Notes under the pieces: model-generated | Told to the model about the DNA's origin: nothing | The model's input: the letters and a program-made list of their open reading frames with translations, nothing else | Databases searched by the model: none | In this document: positions 47,941 through 60,700 of the stretch, piece by piece | How the letters are laid out: the number at the start of each line of letters is the position of its first letter | How positions within the stretch are numbered: position 1 is the stretch's first letter | Translations under genes and position numbers: made by a program | NCBI RefSeq assembly: GCF_000143415.4 | Contig: NW_003314280.1 | Span: forward strand, 1,967,549 to 2,031,548 | From: Selaginella moellendorffii | Taxonomy: Eukaryota; Plantae; Lycopodiophyta | DNA: 64,000 nt | Reading direction: 5' to 3'

Positions 47941-49610
47941 ACGGGTGAAGATTGGAACGCTTTTTTCAGTTTTTTCTTGACAAGAGAACAAGCACCATAA
48001 AATAAAAGGCGCTACTGAAAAGTTAGCTCCGTTGCACTCTTGAATTGCACTCTTGGGAACGCGAATGGTAAGCAAGCCGTTCAGGAAAGACGCTCTAGCC
48101 TGCTTCACGTCAGCACTAGAGGGAAGCTTAAACTTCCTTTGCTTGAAAACGTTGCCGCTGGCATTAACAATGAGTTCCGGCCCTGCACAGTCCACAATCA
48201 CTTCCTCTCGCGACAAGCCTGCACTGCAAAAGCTATTCAGGAAACGTGGAAGGTTTCAGGGACATACCTGGAACTTCAACACGAAGAATGTGGTGATGCT
48301 CGTCATCTGCAGAAGTTGCCTTGAGGGGTTGGTTCTTGGCTACAGCAGAGGAGGAGAAGAAAAAAACCGGAAACTATTAGTAGATGCAGAAAGAACAAAA
48401 ACATAAGGTCGATACTCTTGTTCAGCTCAGTCTCGTCGAGGTCGTCAATTGGCACTGTCGAAGCTGTCCGTTTGAGCGCAGCGGCTCCCTTGGGAAAGAG
48501 AATGGTGAGAATCTCATCCTGGAGATTAACTATTGCACCGTCAACGTTGGCGTAACGAGGAACCACAATGTTCTCGGGATGGAACACGTCCTTCTCCGTG
48601 GAAACACGCACGCGGCCTTGTTCATCTTTTGCAACATGCACTTGACCCTGAGACGTGAGACCTGTACAAGTGTACGCAAGAAAAAATTAAGACTACAACG
48701 TCGTCTGCAAAATGACTTACCGGGCACTTGCACACCGACAGTGTAGAACTGCTGGTTCTCGAAGGACGACCACAATAGCTTGCGCTCGTCCTATCCTGCA
48801 AGCCGAAAAAGAAATAAAAAACTCCAGGCAGGATCAAAGCCATATCTTTATCAACGAGCTTGCGGCAGTTTAGCAACAGCTGGTAAGCGTGTTTCTTCTC
48901 AAAGTTGTAGAGAGCGACGAGACCGCCGTGACGAGGGAACTCCGGCCAACGCCCCGGCATCAGCCACCTCCTGCGTCAACTCAAGGCCCCTCGGACACCT
49001 CGTCAACTCAACGCTGGTGACACCAGTATGTGGCACGACCGGTGTAGCATATGATCGAGATTTGCTCCCAGACCAGACCGGCGAGGCTCGTGGACCGCAG
49101 AACAAAGAACTTGGTATAACACTCAGCGGCAAACAGGCGCGCCTGCTCCTGCAATTCGTGCTCCCTCTTGGCAGCACTCCGGCAAAAGTCGTGCACCAGG
49201 CGAGTTTCTTCCTCTGTGCGGTGATGTATGGGTGGCTCTCCACGCAAGCCGCGGATTACATTCTGCGAGGCGTTTTTCACGAGTTTGGTCATGTCTGGAT
49301 AGCCGTAGTCGCCTATGTCGTCAAACCCGAGTGGTTTCCCAGCGGATGGGGGGAGTCGCCGCTCACGATTTCGGAGTACTGGAGCATGTGATCCAGGAGA
49401 TGCCCCTGGAAGCACCTGGCGGCACAATCAGAGTCACCTAGCGCCCGAAAGACTTGGCCGAGGACACGGTTCTCTAGACGGAGTATCACCATCCACAGAA
49501 ACTCTCCATACTCCTTGTAGGCATCGTCCGTCAGTGGTTTGCAGCGGCAGCAAAGGCAAGAAGCTCTCTCAGGTGACCTACTCCTGCTTGCTGTGTGGAT
49601 GCCGCTCGCG
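47923..49610 (-). pseudogene. Tandem-ACD family copy 4, full length but with frameshifts and no start ATG
   Basis: DDAYKEYGEFLWMV..., LYNFEKKHAYQLLLNC, ACD1 NLQDEILTILFPK and ACD2 KFKLPSSADVKQARASFLNGLLTIRVPK; same intron positions as copy 1. Confidence 0.85.
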
Positions 49611-49687
49611 CTTGCTTTTCTCGGGTTTGTCTCTAGGGTTTTGGGTTTTAGCGATCTCAAGCAGAAGATGGTTTCATTGCTCCTCCC

Positions 49688-50470
49688 ATGTTCTCTAGAC
49701 TCGCTGGCAAGTGCAATACTTTGACTGTTTGCGAGACTCGGATGAAGCACGAGGTAAGGCTCTAATATTTTTTTTCTTGTTAGGTTCGAAATCAACTGGC
49801 GCGCATCCAGAGAAGCCGTGGAGAGCGCTGTCTCAAAGCTATTGAAAGCAGGAGGTTTGTGGGTGGGTTGTATTTTATTTGAATTTATTTTACAGCGGTG
49901 AAGAACTTTGGAGACCTTGCGAAGTTCGTAGGAGATACGGACAAGGCTTGGTTTGTCATCCAGAAATACGGGAACACGGACTGGGCTTCACTTTCAGAGC
50001 TCGAGGCAAGGCTTCTTTCACAAGCGTTCTTCGAGGTATGGTCTTAAATCTTTTTCTTTATGTAGTCTAACTTTGTTTATTTTTCAGTTAGCTATCCATC
50101 GGCTGTGGAGTGGCTGTGAGGAACTGGAACAGACTCAAATACGACAGGTTCCCATGGGTAGTTCACAGTATTTCATGGCCAAGAAATACAGGTGGGTTAT
50201 CTAGATTTTCACTTTAATATGTTCAAAAATATTTGTATAGGGACGTGGGAGCTCATCCGTGATCCATGATCCCAGTGCTTACGAAGTGGCTTGGAGCTCC
50301 TACACGTCTGCTGTGTCACCGCTCGACAACAAGGACGTTTGGGGAATTGGCCCTGCACACACTGAAGCAGCTGAAGTGTTGGAGAAGGTTGCTCGTGCTC
50401 TGCATAGCAAGGATTGTAGCTGGTTGCCTTTCATTCAAGTGTTTATGGCTAGCATGAGGCAATTTCTTTC
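49688..50470 (+). pseudogene. Partner gene copy B, divergent from ACD copy 4
   Basis: RMKHE|gt, FGDLAKF..DWASL, LAIHRLWSGC..MG..YFMAKKY and ALHSKD..LPF match copy A exon by exon. Frame breaks at exon 2 and at a short duplication near 50255. Confidence 0.75.
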
Positions 50471-51136
50471 CTTTTTTGTTTTGAGGGACAAAGCCATCAA
50501 ACTAGGGGGTGAGCTCATGGATTGACAGTTATTTTGTTTTCAAGGGACCGATGTACATTTGGAACTGCTGACAGGTATTCCTTTTCATCAACTATGTTCA
50601 TTTATATGAACAGCAGATCAGAGAGCTCGTGGACAACATCAGCAGCAAGCGCGAAAGAAGAAATGGGGCGGAACCCTATCTCCAAGCAGGAAGATGGGAT
50701 AATCTGGGCATCAGAAGATCCTAGATAAGATCCTAGATAAAAGCAACAAATCCATGAGAAAATGCTCTACGCCATCACTGGGAACTTCCCACTTGTTTGG
50801 TATCCTCGAACTTCAACCTTGACCTGTGTTGTACAGTCACTTCCTTCTGGTAATATCTGGTCCTTAGGAAGTACGTTGATGATGCTAGGGGGCCGCCAAA
50901 GGTGATGAAGTCCATCAAACTTCTTATGGGAACTTGTCCCAAGATTGGGGATCTACTCTTGCACAACTGATGATTGAGGAGCCAGACTGGGATCCTTAAG
51001 TAGAAGTGGCTCTGAATCCTGAAGACCAACTAGAATAAAGAGCTTGTCGAGAGTTGTTGAAACTTCCATGCCTTGTACTGTGGCATTTGGTGTAGCTGAA
51101 AGAACTTTGGCATTTACTCGACTTCAGCTGCTAGAT

Positions 51137-51380
51137 CACATTCTTCGTGTCGAAGTTCTGGAACTCTCGCGTTAGCTTTTGGCTTGTTGAACGTCCAGGC
51201 TTGAAGTGATTGTGGACTGTGCAGGGCCGGAACTCATCGTTAAGACCAGCGGCAACGTCTTCAAGCAAAATAAACTTAAGCTTCCCTCTAGTGCTGACGT
51301 GAAGCAGGCTAGAGAGTCTTTCCGTAACAGCTTGCTTACCATTCGCGTTCCAACAGAGCTAGCTTTTCAGTAGTGTCTTC
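51137..51380 (+). pseudogene. Inverted fragment of the tandem-ACD family (second ACD)
   Basis: gaagtgattgtggactgtgcagggccggaactcat...cttccctctagtgctgacgtgaagcaggctagag is the reverse complement of ~48090-48205. Confidence 0.88.
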
Positions 51381-51539
51381 TATTGTTATAAAAAACATTG
51401 TGTTACCTTTGATCAAGCTGAAAAATATGCAATAGAATTGATTGCAGTTTCTTTGAGCTCCATAAATTTAGACTAATTTTTTAAAATTTATTATTACTAT
51501 TATTATTATTATTATTATTATTTATTTCAAATCCAAGTT

Positions 51540-51712
51540 TGTTCAAACTATCTTTACATTTCTTCGTGATCAAAATATTGTAAGAATCGTCGATGTAATG
51601 GTGATGGGCAACCCGGCCTTTGTCTGTACTCCACTTCTTCGGTTGCTCCAGCAAAATCCCATCTGTATGCATACATACACGATTACACTTTGAGGCTGAG
51701 ATGGCCAACCTG
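51540..51712 (-). pseudogene. Duplicate of the CYP707A last exon and intron
   Basis: tgtaatggtgatgggcaacccggcctttg...gctccagcaaaatcccatctgtatg...ggctgagatggccaacctgt matches 52725-52873. Confidence 0.85.
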
Positions 51713-52715
51713 TTTAAACACATCTCTTCCAGTGGCATTCTAGTGTTAGGATTGAGAGGGAGGCATTCCAGTGGAATGCATGCTCCAAGAGCGGATGTCT
51801 CATGGTGGTGGCTGACGCTAACAATCCGTGAGCAATGTAAAGAAGCAGGCTGGTTTTGAGCAGTGTACATGAACTTTATGTCCAGCACTTGACGATAACC
51901 AGTACCTTTTGACAAACTCAAACAATTTGGAAAAGATAGCAAGCTTTAGCACTAGATGGGGAGAAGCAAAGTCTTGATGTGCTCTTTTATAAGGGCGCCT
52001 TGGAATACGCGCCTATACATCATACATTGGTTACCTGATATGTGCTATTCACAGGCAAACATTCAGTTATCAGCAATAGATGAAGACTGATCAGCCTACC
52101 ATAGATCAATGCGTCAAAAAGGATCTAGAAGTCAGAGAGTTGCAGCACAAACCCATATCAGTCAGCCGATCTATTTGATCTGAAACGTCATCTGGTTCTC
52201 TTTCTCTTCGTGGTGCAAGAAAATGATAAAAGAAATGAGAGCTATACCGAGAGCATAACTTGACAATGTCAAAACAGAGGAACTAGGGACGACCTTCAAG
52301 ACGATAGGCTGAGCTGTGAGTGAAGTGAAACTAGTGTACTAATGTTCTCGGCGGCCGAGCTTTCGCTTCGCCGGCTGCTGGTGCTGCTTCTTTCTGTCCA
52401 CCCATATACTGCTTGCAAGCATCTGTAAAAAGTAAATATTAAATTAATGAATAATGTCTGAAACAAAGTGGATTACTAAACAGTAATTTTTTAGAATTTT
52501 CAGTTTTACATAGTGTGTAATTTCCAAAACGGAACTTCATTTTGCGTCTGTTTGTGTTTCAAGGATGCCACCCACAGGTCTAGAACCAAATGGTTTGTCC
52601 AATTTGTTCAAATGAACTATTTTTTCTTTACATTAGTGTTTTTTGAACGTTTTTCAAAATTTTGTAAGAATTGAGTTGTTTTATTTCGATTTTTTTTCAC
52701 TCACTCTTGGGGGTT

Positions 52716-54194
52716 TTACTTGCGTGTAATGGTGATGGGCAACCCGGCCTTTGGCACTGGGAATGGTCTGTACTCCACTCCTTCGGTTGCTCCAGCAAAA
52801 TCCCATCTGTATGTACACATACACGATCACACACATTGTTTGATAAATAAAAAGGCTGAGATGGCCAACCTGTATGTGGTGGTAAGGTGGTGCACAAGCA
52901 CGAGTATTTCCAGCTTGGCCAGCTCGTTGCCTGGGCATGAATGGAGGCCATTTCCGAACGGTATGAACGTGTTGGGCTTGATCGGCTCCTCGAATCTGGA
53001 GGGATCAAACTTGAATGGGTCCGGGAAGAAGTCTGGGCTGTGGTGGAGCATCCTGAACAGCGGCATCACTTTCCAGCCCTTGGGGATTATGTAATCTATT
53101 TGTCACACGCAAGCCAGAGTTGACAGTGTCAACTTTCAAAGCTCGAGGAGAAGAACCAAGACTTGTTTAACAAGTAAAATACCTTTGTATTGGACGTCTT
53201 CCACGGCTTCTCGGAAAGTGAAGGAGAGTATGGTAGCGAGTCGTAGGGTCTCTTGAATCGCCTGCACGGACTTATAATAAGTCGAGGTAGAAAAACTCGT
53301 GCAATACAAACCCGTGAAGTCAATGGCATGTTCCTGGTATCCGACCACGATAAGCTTCTGTCGCCATCAATTATCNNNNNNNNNNNNNNNNNNNNNNNNN
53401 NNNNNNNNNNNNNNNNNNNNNNNNNNNNNNNNNNNNNNNNNNNNNNNNNNNNNNNNNNNNNNNNNNNNNNNNNNNCCTTCGAATTCGCTCTTGCTCCGCC
53501 TGCAAAGCAACAGCTCGAGCGATCAGCCAGATATATACACATAAAAAAACTGCTCCTAAAAGTTGACGACAAGAACAAAAAAACAAACGCCCAAAGCGTC
53601 GAGTGAGTTCCAGTTGGCCTAGTTAGTCGTCACACAACTTACAACAAGAAGACGATAGAAAAGAAGATCCACAAAAATGTGGAACAGAAAAGAGGCGTTT
53701 GACTATTGCTTACCGTGACAGCGTCCAAAAGTACGGGGTTCTCCTTGAGGTACTTGAGGAGCCACGTTAGAACACTGGCGGTGGTGTCCTGGGCCGCAAA
53801 GATAACTCCAATCACATTGTCCCCGATCTGCTCGTCGCTCATGGCGTCCTTAGAGTCCATGAGCCTGGTGAGCAAGTCTGTGTAGTGCAAATCCCCATCG
53901 TGTCCGCGGGCCTCTTCTTGTCGGTGCCTCCTGTCCTTGATGATCTGACTCACGACCGTGCTCAAGTGCTTCCTTGCCTGGACGGGACCAGAAACAAAAA
54001 AAACTCCTCAGAAAGTCAGAGAAAAAGCAAAGCTAGAGAGAAATAAAGGGGGAATCTAAAGTACTAAAGAAGCACTAGGCACGACTTCTCTCCTAGAGAC
54101 CCACTATGACATACAAGTAGACAGCACTATACCATTGTCAACGCAAGGGAGCTCGAGGACGACGGGAGTATATTCTAACGGTATTTTCCCACAG

Positions 54195-54273
<79 letters not shown>

Positions 54274-55293
54274 CACCTTCATGGCTGTATTGTATGGAGT
54301 CCCGGCAATGTCAATAGGAAATGAATTGTATCCTCGCTCCAGTGCTTGATAGGCACGCTTGAGATCCCCTCGATCTAGCCCACGCTCTTGCCCGCCAAAT
54401 ATCTGGTGGACTCCGACGTCAAAGGCATACTGCGGCCGGCAATGAATGGTGTGAGCACAAAAGATCACAAAAAGATAGGTGTAGCAGTTTGACAAGGTAG
54501 CTAATGGCAAGAGAGAGTAAATTGGTGGAGTTACCTTCTTCATCTCGTGGAAGGTGTCGATCGGGTGTTGGGACGACTCCCACAAATCCAGGGCGGCCAG
54601 GGAGACAGCCTCGATGTGCGGGACGAGACCTCGGATGGCCTCTGGAGAGAAGCAGCTCTGCATGAGGCGCTTGAGCCGGCGGTGGTAGTCACCATCGTGA
54701 AAGAAGAGCGCGTGTGGCCCGATTATCCCCTCCTTGCTCGATGGGAATGTGGTCTTGAAGAGGTGGGCGTGCGTGACAAGGATGAACTTGGCGGCCTCGG
54801 GGCTGGCGATCATCACCGAGGGACAGCCCAGGATGTGTGTCTTGAAAATCTCACCATACCTAGAAAAGAACAAACGCCAAGAACACGGACGAGAGGAAGG
54901 AGTCAGTCACGCCCAACCAAAAAAAAAGAAGAAAGAGGCCAAGAAAACAATGGCACGAAAAAGCACAGTGTGTGCTTGGCGAGAGGGAGAGTGAAAGAGC
55001 ATGAGCAGAGTATAGAAGCGCTTGGGTGTTGTAATGGTTTGATTCTTGGATCATGGTCTCTCGCTCTTTGCGTTGGTGTTTTCCCGGGAGGACATTTACC
55101 TCTTGTGCCTGGATGCGAAGAAGACGTTGGGAGACTGCGTGTAGAGCCTCAGTGTTTCGCCCAGGAAAGGCCAGCCCAGCGATCCCGGCGGCAGGTTGAT
55201 CCGCCGCAGGCTCACGCGCTGGTAAATCCATGGCAGCAGCAGGGTCAATGCAAGCGCGTACAGAGCAGCTGCCGCGACGAGGAAGAAAACCAT
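52716..55293 (-). CDS. CYP707A: Cytochrome P450 CYP707A (ABA 8'-hydroxylase), multi-exon, spans an assembly gap
   Basis: LPPGSLGWPFLGETLRLY, YGEIFKTHILGCP, IGVIFAAQDTTASVLTW, ETLR, PFGNGLHSCPGNELAKLE; TAA at 52716. Confidence 0.94.
53376..53475. other. Assembly gap (100 N) inside a CYP707A exon
   Basis: Run of N. Confidence 1.
54195..54272. repeat. (AC)n(AG)n microsatellite in a CYP707A intron
   Basis: Directly visible. Confidence 0.95.
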
Positions 55294-55598
55294 CCCTCCC
55301 TCTGTAGCTCCCGGGCAGAGAGCTTTGCGGAGAGCACAAAAAAACCCGATGGATGGATTGATTGCGCTCGATCGATCGGCCAATTGGATTGGAATGGGCT
55401 CGCTCGGCTCGATTGTGGGCGGGCGGGCGGGCGGGCGATCGCGCAATTTGGCGAGCAGAGCAATCGATTCACAAGGCAAAGAATTTTCGGACTCTTGGAG
55501 AGACAGGAGGAAGAAGAAAGGAGAGACTTGGGAGGAGAAGAAACGCTTCTGTGGGCTCGGCTCTCTCCAGTGATGGAACGAAGGTGTGAGAGAAAAAT

Positions 55599-55688
55599 TA
55601 TATATATACCGCTCAAACGCCTCACCCACTCACCCGCATCCACGTGGCAGAGGATATAACAACTGGCTAACCCTCCCGGACACGTGTG
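55599..55688 (-). promoter_or_regulatory. TATA-like tract and two ABRE/G-boxes upstream of CYP707A
   Basis: tatatatata at ~55599-55608, CACGTGGC at 55641, GACACGTG at 55679; consistent with known ABA induction of CYP707A genes. Confidence 0.55.
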
Positions 55689-56739
55689 TATTTCCACCGC
55701 CGGCGGCTACCCACCGGCGGCACGGCATATTCCGGTGCCTTCCGGGGTTCAATGTATGTGAGCTTGGAATCTTGAAATGTATGGTTGGTGTGCGCTGATG
55801 TTTGGGCTTGCTGATTATGCTTTGCTCGAAAATGGGCAATCGTTCACATCCCACTTAACAAAAATTCGCGACACACAGGGGCATTCATCCCCCTTCTCTG
55901 GCATTTTCATATTGTATATTGGGGGATCCAGTGGTACTTTCCAGCAACACCAACACCCTCTTTTTTTTTTTGGATACACAGTTGTATAGAAAATGTATTC
56001 GACCTGTAAGTTGATGAGTGAGCTTATCCAAGATATATGCTCCGCCAGCCCAGCTTTCCTTTCCTAAAAGAGAGCTAAAGCTTGGAATATTTCACCGAGA
56101 TTGCATGACAACAAGCAAAAGTACCTATAAGTATGTCCTGGGATGGGTCAATTTTGGGAAATCTTTGGTGCGCTACCCCGATTTGATCTCGATTTGGATT
56201 CTCCTCATTTTGGCCTTGACGCTGCCCTGTGCTTGCGACGAAAGCTCACACCAACTTGTACATGGATCTTTCAGGAAAGAAGCACAGTACAAGATGATAA
56301 ATTCGGCTTGGTGTTTTTGCACCTATTGTCTTTGCACTGGGACAGACGCGACGATGCGATTGTAATTCTATCCTTCCAAGGAAGCTGATGGGGAAGAACA
56401 GCACGACGACGCTAAGGGTGAGCTTTTGGAGCGAGTCAGAGGAGAGGGGCTAATCACAGAAAAGGTGCAATCAAGTTGGGAATGATCCATGACATTTGTC
56501 AAGAGCTCAAGGAGTTGGAGCCATTCCTCTTGATTTTATTATAATCTTTCGTGCAGTCTTTACCTTCTCGTGGCAAAGACCCGGGGTTTGCTCCGGTTTT
56601 TAGAAGAGGATCAATCCAAAAGTCAGCTTAGTGTAAATCAAACAAGAAAGATCAATGCTCAAAAAGTCAACATCCAATGCACCCCAAAGGCTTTGACCTT
56701 TTGGGAGGGAGAAGTCCACCCCGAATCCACTCGCTCATG

Positions 56740-57415
56740 CTACCTAGCTCTCCTTTGTTGCCTCGTTGCTACGTAATCAAGCAGAAAGAGTGGATTCTCC
56801 GCGATGTCGTGGAGCGCAGAGCCCCGGAGGTGGTCCAAAAGGGAGACCGGATCACGGTCATGGCCGCCGTCGCTGTGCTGATCGCCATCCTCCTCGAACA
56901 TGGAATTCGTGTAAATCCTGCCGGGCATGGGGATATCGTCCTCGAATCTGCTCGAGGCCGTCGACGCCCTGGTGCATTTGCATCGCATCATCAGGCTCCA
57001 GGGGCTCGACCAGGATCTAGTGCTCGACCGCGACGACGATGGTTGTTCCGCGACGTGGAGCTCGATGGATCGGAAGGAGCTCGTGGCCAGATGGTTGAGC
57101 GACATCCCCAGGATCTCGCCCAGCGTCACGGGCTTGTCATCCGGGAAGAACTTGGAGGAGCAGCTCGACTGCACGATCGAGATCATGATAACCCACAAAC
57201 AGTGTCTTGATGCGTACCTCGGTTTCCAAGTTGGAGGTCTCGTCGGAGTAGCTGGTGGTGGAGATCTTGGCGCCGCCGGCGGTGCCTCTCATTGTGTTGC
57301 TGCTTGGATCTCGATCTTCGTCCACCAGTGTGTCGAGCACTCTCTTCCTCAAGTGCACGGGCTCGAGCCCGAGCGGCCATCCAGACGGCGGTCTCTCTTC
57401 CTCGTCGCGATCCAT
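56740..57415 (-). CDS. Conserved uncharacterised protein, At3g17950-like, 2 exons
   Basis: GWPLGL, SNLETE|S..KFFPDDKPVTLGEILG, NSMF, NPLF motifs; family assignment is from memory. Confidence 0.7.
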
Positions 57416-57981
57416 CGAGACGAGAGCGAGCGTGCCTCTAGGAATCAGCGCGACTCCAGTAGTCTAGCTATCTATCTAGTATCGAATCTTACCTCTCGCA
57501 TTCATTACAAGTGGGAGAAAGGTAGGGGCTTTGGAGAGATGCCCTATAGCCATAGCCAGCCGAGGAGTGCTCCCTCCTCCATCCAAAGTACTTTCTCTCC
57601 GAGGAAAGCACTCTCAATTAAGAACAAATGCTCCTGGGCTGCATTGCAATGCGACACGAGCGAAGGATCCATTCATTCATGCTCAATCCATCCGGTCGCC
57701 CCTCCCCGACGACGAAGCAACGAGTGAGAGCAAGAGAAAGAAAAGCTTTTTAAGGGAGTGGCAAGAAGTTCATGAGACCGTCGTCGGGTCTGCACGGCCG
57801 TTGCCGGGCATTGAATGACAATCAAGGCTCGACACGGACAAACGCAACAGCAGCGACTCCGCGAGCAAACGCTCTCCAAAATCTTTGCTTTCGCGATCGG
57901 TTCCTCTACCTCCTAGGCCTGGCAGCACGCACAAAAACTTTCAGCTCTACACCCACCGGATTGACACTTCTTTCCCTTTGT

Positions 57982-59904
57982 TTAATCCACTCGAGTTTGG
58001 TGGTGGTGGAGCATCGCCTCCTTCCATCTCCTGCAACGAGGAGAAAAGAAGATTAAAGGAATGATCAAACACACCAACGTGCCATGATTCCGCCATACCT
58101 CATGACTAAGTTGACGAAGAACAACCGAAACGCTCGGCGAGAGGGGTTTAACTCTCCTGGATCGCCTGGACGACGACGACGACGATTGGTGGTGAACCTG
58201 CTGCTGCTCGTCCCGGCAGCCATGAGATATCGATGATGGAGCCAGCACGAGCGATGCAATGTCCTGCCTACAAAACGGACATGCTAGTGCTCGCGGCGGT
58301 GATGACGACGACGACGAGGAGCCGTGACAGCAGAGCTTGAGAGCACAGGTTGCACACATCTGGTGGCCACAGTCCTTGATTTGGATGGTGCACAAGTGGT
58401 CGAAGCAAATGCAGCACACGTCTTCGTCCTTGATGGAGCTGCTCCCACTAGCAGCGAGTTCCTGTCCACAGCAGCAGCGAATTAATCTGTGCTTCTCTTG
58501 CCGTGTCACTCGCTCACTCGACGGAGATCATCCACTCAATCGTCCAAAGGAAAAAGAAAGAGAACAAAGTCTCTCGAGACCACTCGCACTCGTGGGGATA
58601 ACAGTGAAAAGTTTGTCTTGCCTGGGATAGATCTCGCTCTTGTTGATTTTGTTTTCGTGGTCGGTGGTGCTGTCGGTGGTGCCGCCGGTTGGCCTCGCGT
58701 AGAGCCGCCTCGAGCAGCTTCTTGGCCTCCGGCTCCAGCTCCTTGATGAACTTGAGAGACGATGGCCACACCAGCGGCTCTGCTGCGTTGGGATTGAGCA
58801 GAGCCGCGCAGGCGAAGTTGTGGTACTCGTTAGCCACTCCGTAAGCAGTGAACCTGTGAAGCAAAAGATGATGAGAAAGAAGAGATCTACGTTTGATGCG
58901 ATCACCCTTCGTTGTCACGATGCCTTCGGTCTGCTCCCCATGAGAGGAGCGCTTGCACGCATTCGACCGAGCCTCCACGAGCAGCAGCATGCAGCGGGGA
59001 CATTCCACCACCAAGTCTGACCAAGTCGAAAGTTTTCTCTTCTGTAAGACAGAAAAATGGATGACTTACTCATTGATCTGGCCATAAGGAATCGTTCTTG
59101 CGGAGACCAGCGCTCCGTTGCTTAGAAGTTCCTGGACGACGGCGGCATGGCCGCTCAAGCTGGCCAGGTGAAGAGCAGTGATCCCGCTCCTGTCTTGCGC
59201 ATTCAGGAATCTCGCCAGACCCCTGGAGAAAGCATACAAGTTGGCCATCGGGGAAACAAAACGTTCAAAGGATTTAGAACGTACCAAGTACTTGAATCGG
59301 CTGCTGCCAAGATCTTCTGGACGCACGAAGAGTTTCCTCCCTTGGCAGCATAGTGTAAGCATGTTCTTCCGCGTGACGAACCAAATACGATTATCTATGG
59401 ACCAAAAGGGCAAGCAAAACTCGTTTAGAAGTCAATCCTGAGTGTAAGTTCCTTACATTCGCTCCGGCGCGATCGAGAAGCCACTCGGCACAAGCCCATT
59501 TCTTCTGCTTGCAAGCAAGCATCAAGGGTGTCTGGAATATGACTTGGAGCACTTACTTCTCACGCACAGATGATTCACGAGCGTGCTTACCTTGCCATAT
59601 CGATCCAGAGGTTCTGCATCGGCGCCTCGCTCGAGCAATGCGATCAAGACCTTATGATCAAAAAGAGAAACCGAGCCATTGAAAAGAGATTTTTTTTGGT
59701 CCACCATACCTCGAGCTGACCAATGGAGGCCGCCAAGTGCAAGGGCGTTAGACGGCGCAGGGACCGAGCTTCATTGAGTAGATGTGGATGCTGCTCCGCT
59801 ACATTCCTCACGCCATCCACATCGCCCTTCCGAATCGCTGCAAACAAGGCATGGGCTTCGTTGCGTTCTTTGTTTGGAGACAAGCTCCACAAGGCGCAAA
59901 CCAT
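57982..59904 (-). CDS. XBAT: Ankyrin-repeat RING E3 ligase (XB3/XBAT31-like)
   Basis: TPLHLAA ankyrins, LLNPNAAEPLVWPSSLKFIKELEPEAKKLLEAALREAN, C3HC4 RING CCICFD...CGHQMCATC...CPFCR. The 3' end is approximate. Confidence 0.9.
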
Positions 59905-60309
59905 GATCGCCCACAAACATCACAGGGACCAGACAAGCCCTCCCGCCCTGTGACAATAATGCTGTGGACTTCAATGGGGATCCCGGATGGCTCCCTGGCT
60001 GCTCTTTGATTTGTTTATAAAAAATCTGTCCCGGGTCATCGTTCGACCGAGAAAAAGGCTGCGAGAAGCAACCAAATTATATATAATATGCGATTGATAT
60101 AAGATTTAGTAACAAGTGGAATGGTGCCTTTTTGCACGACACTCTGATTAACAGATGTTTTCCACGAGCAATCGCCAAGTCCACACGGAATGGACATAAT
60201 CATCAAAACAATCCCTCTGCTGCATCAAAGTTAATTATTTTGATGTTTAATCCTTTTATATTTCTTCCCATAGGTAGGTTCTCATAGAGTGTAAACATAT
60301 GAACTTTTT

Positions 60310-60700
60310 GCATATATATATTTTTGGTTGGCTTTGGCAGTGGATATATCTAGAATATGCTTAAATATTCTAGGATATTTTATTTAACAGTTGTTATTCA
60401 TTTTGATTAATCTTGTATTTATAATTATAAACATGTTTATAATTTATAAACTTTCTTAAACACTTTCTAGTATATTCTTTTTTATTCTACCATCTAATAT
60501 AAGGTTAATCTTGTGTTTATAAATTATAAACATGTTTATAATTAAAAACTTTTATTTGATAAATTGAATTAATAAGTAGGAATAACACTATTATTAAGCA
60601 AACCAAGTGTTCTACATGCAATACGTAGCAAATTATTTTTATTTTTGAGTTCTATGCAAAAATATTATGCACACAATCACCATTTAATTGCTATAAAAAC
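60310..60700. mobile_element. Second copy of the AT-rich TIR-type element end, without the LTR insertion
   Basis: Aligns with 4540-4656 joined to 15220-15400. Confidence 0.55.

Noticed and set aside
50560-51130. Possible coding remnant on the minus strand
   Set aside because: Short interrupted frames with no motif I recognise.
54547-55659. 370-aa plus-strand ORF
   Set aside because: Antisense to CYP707A exons 1-2; no recognisable motifs.
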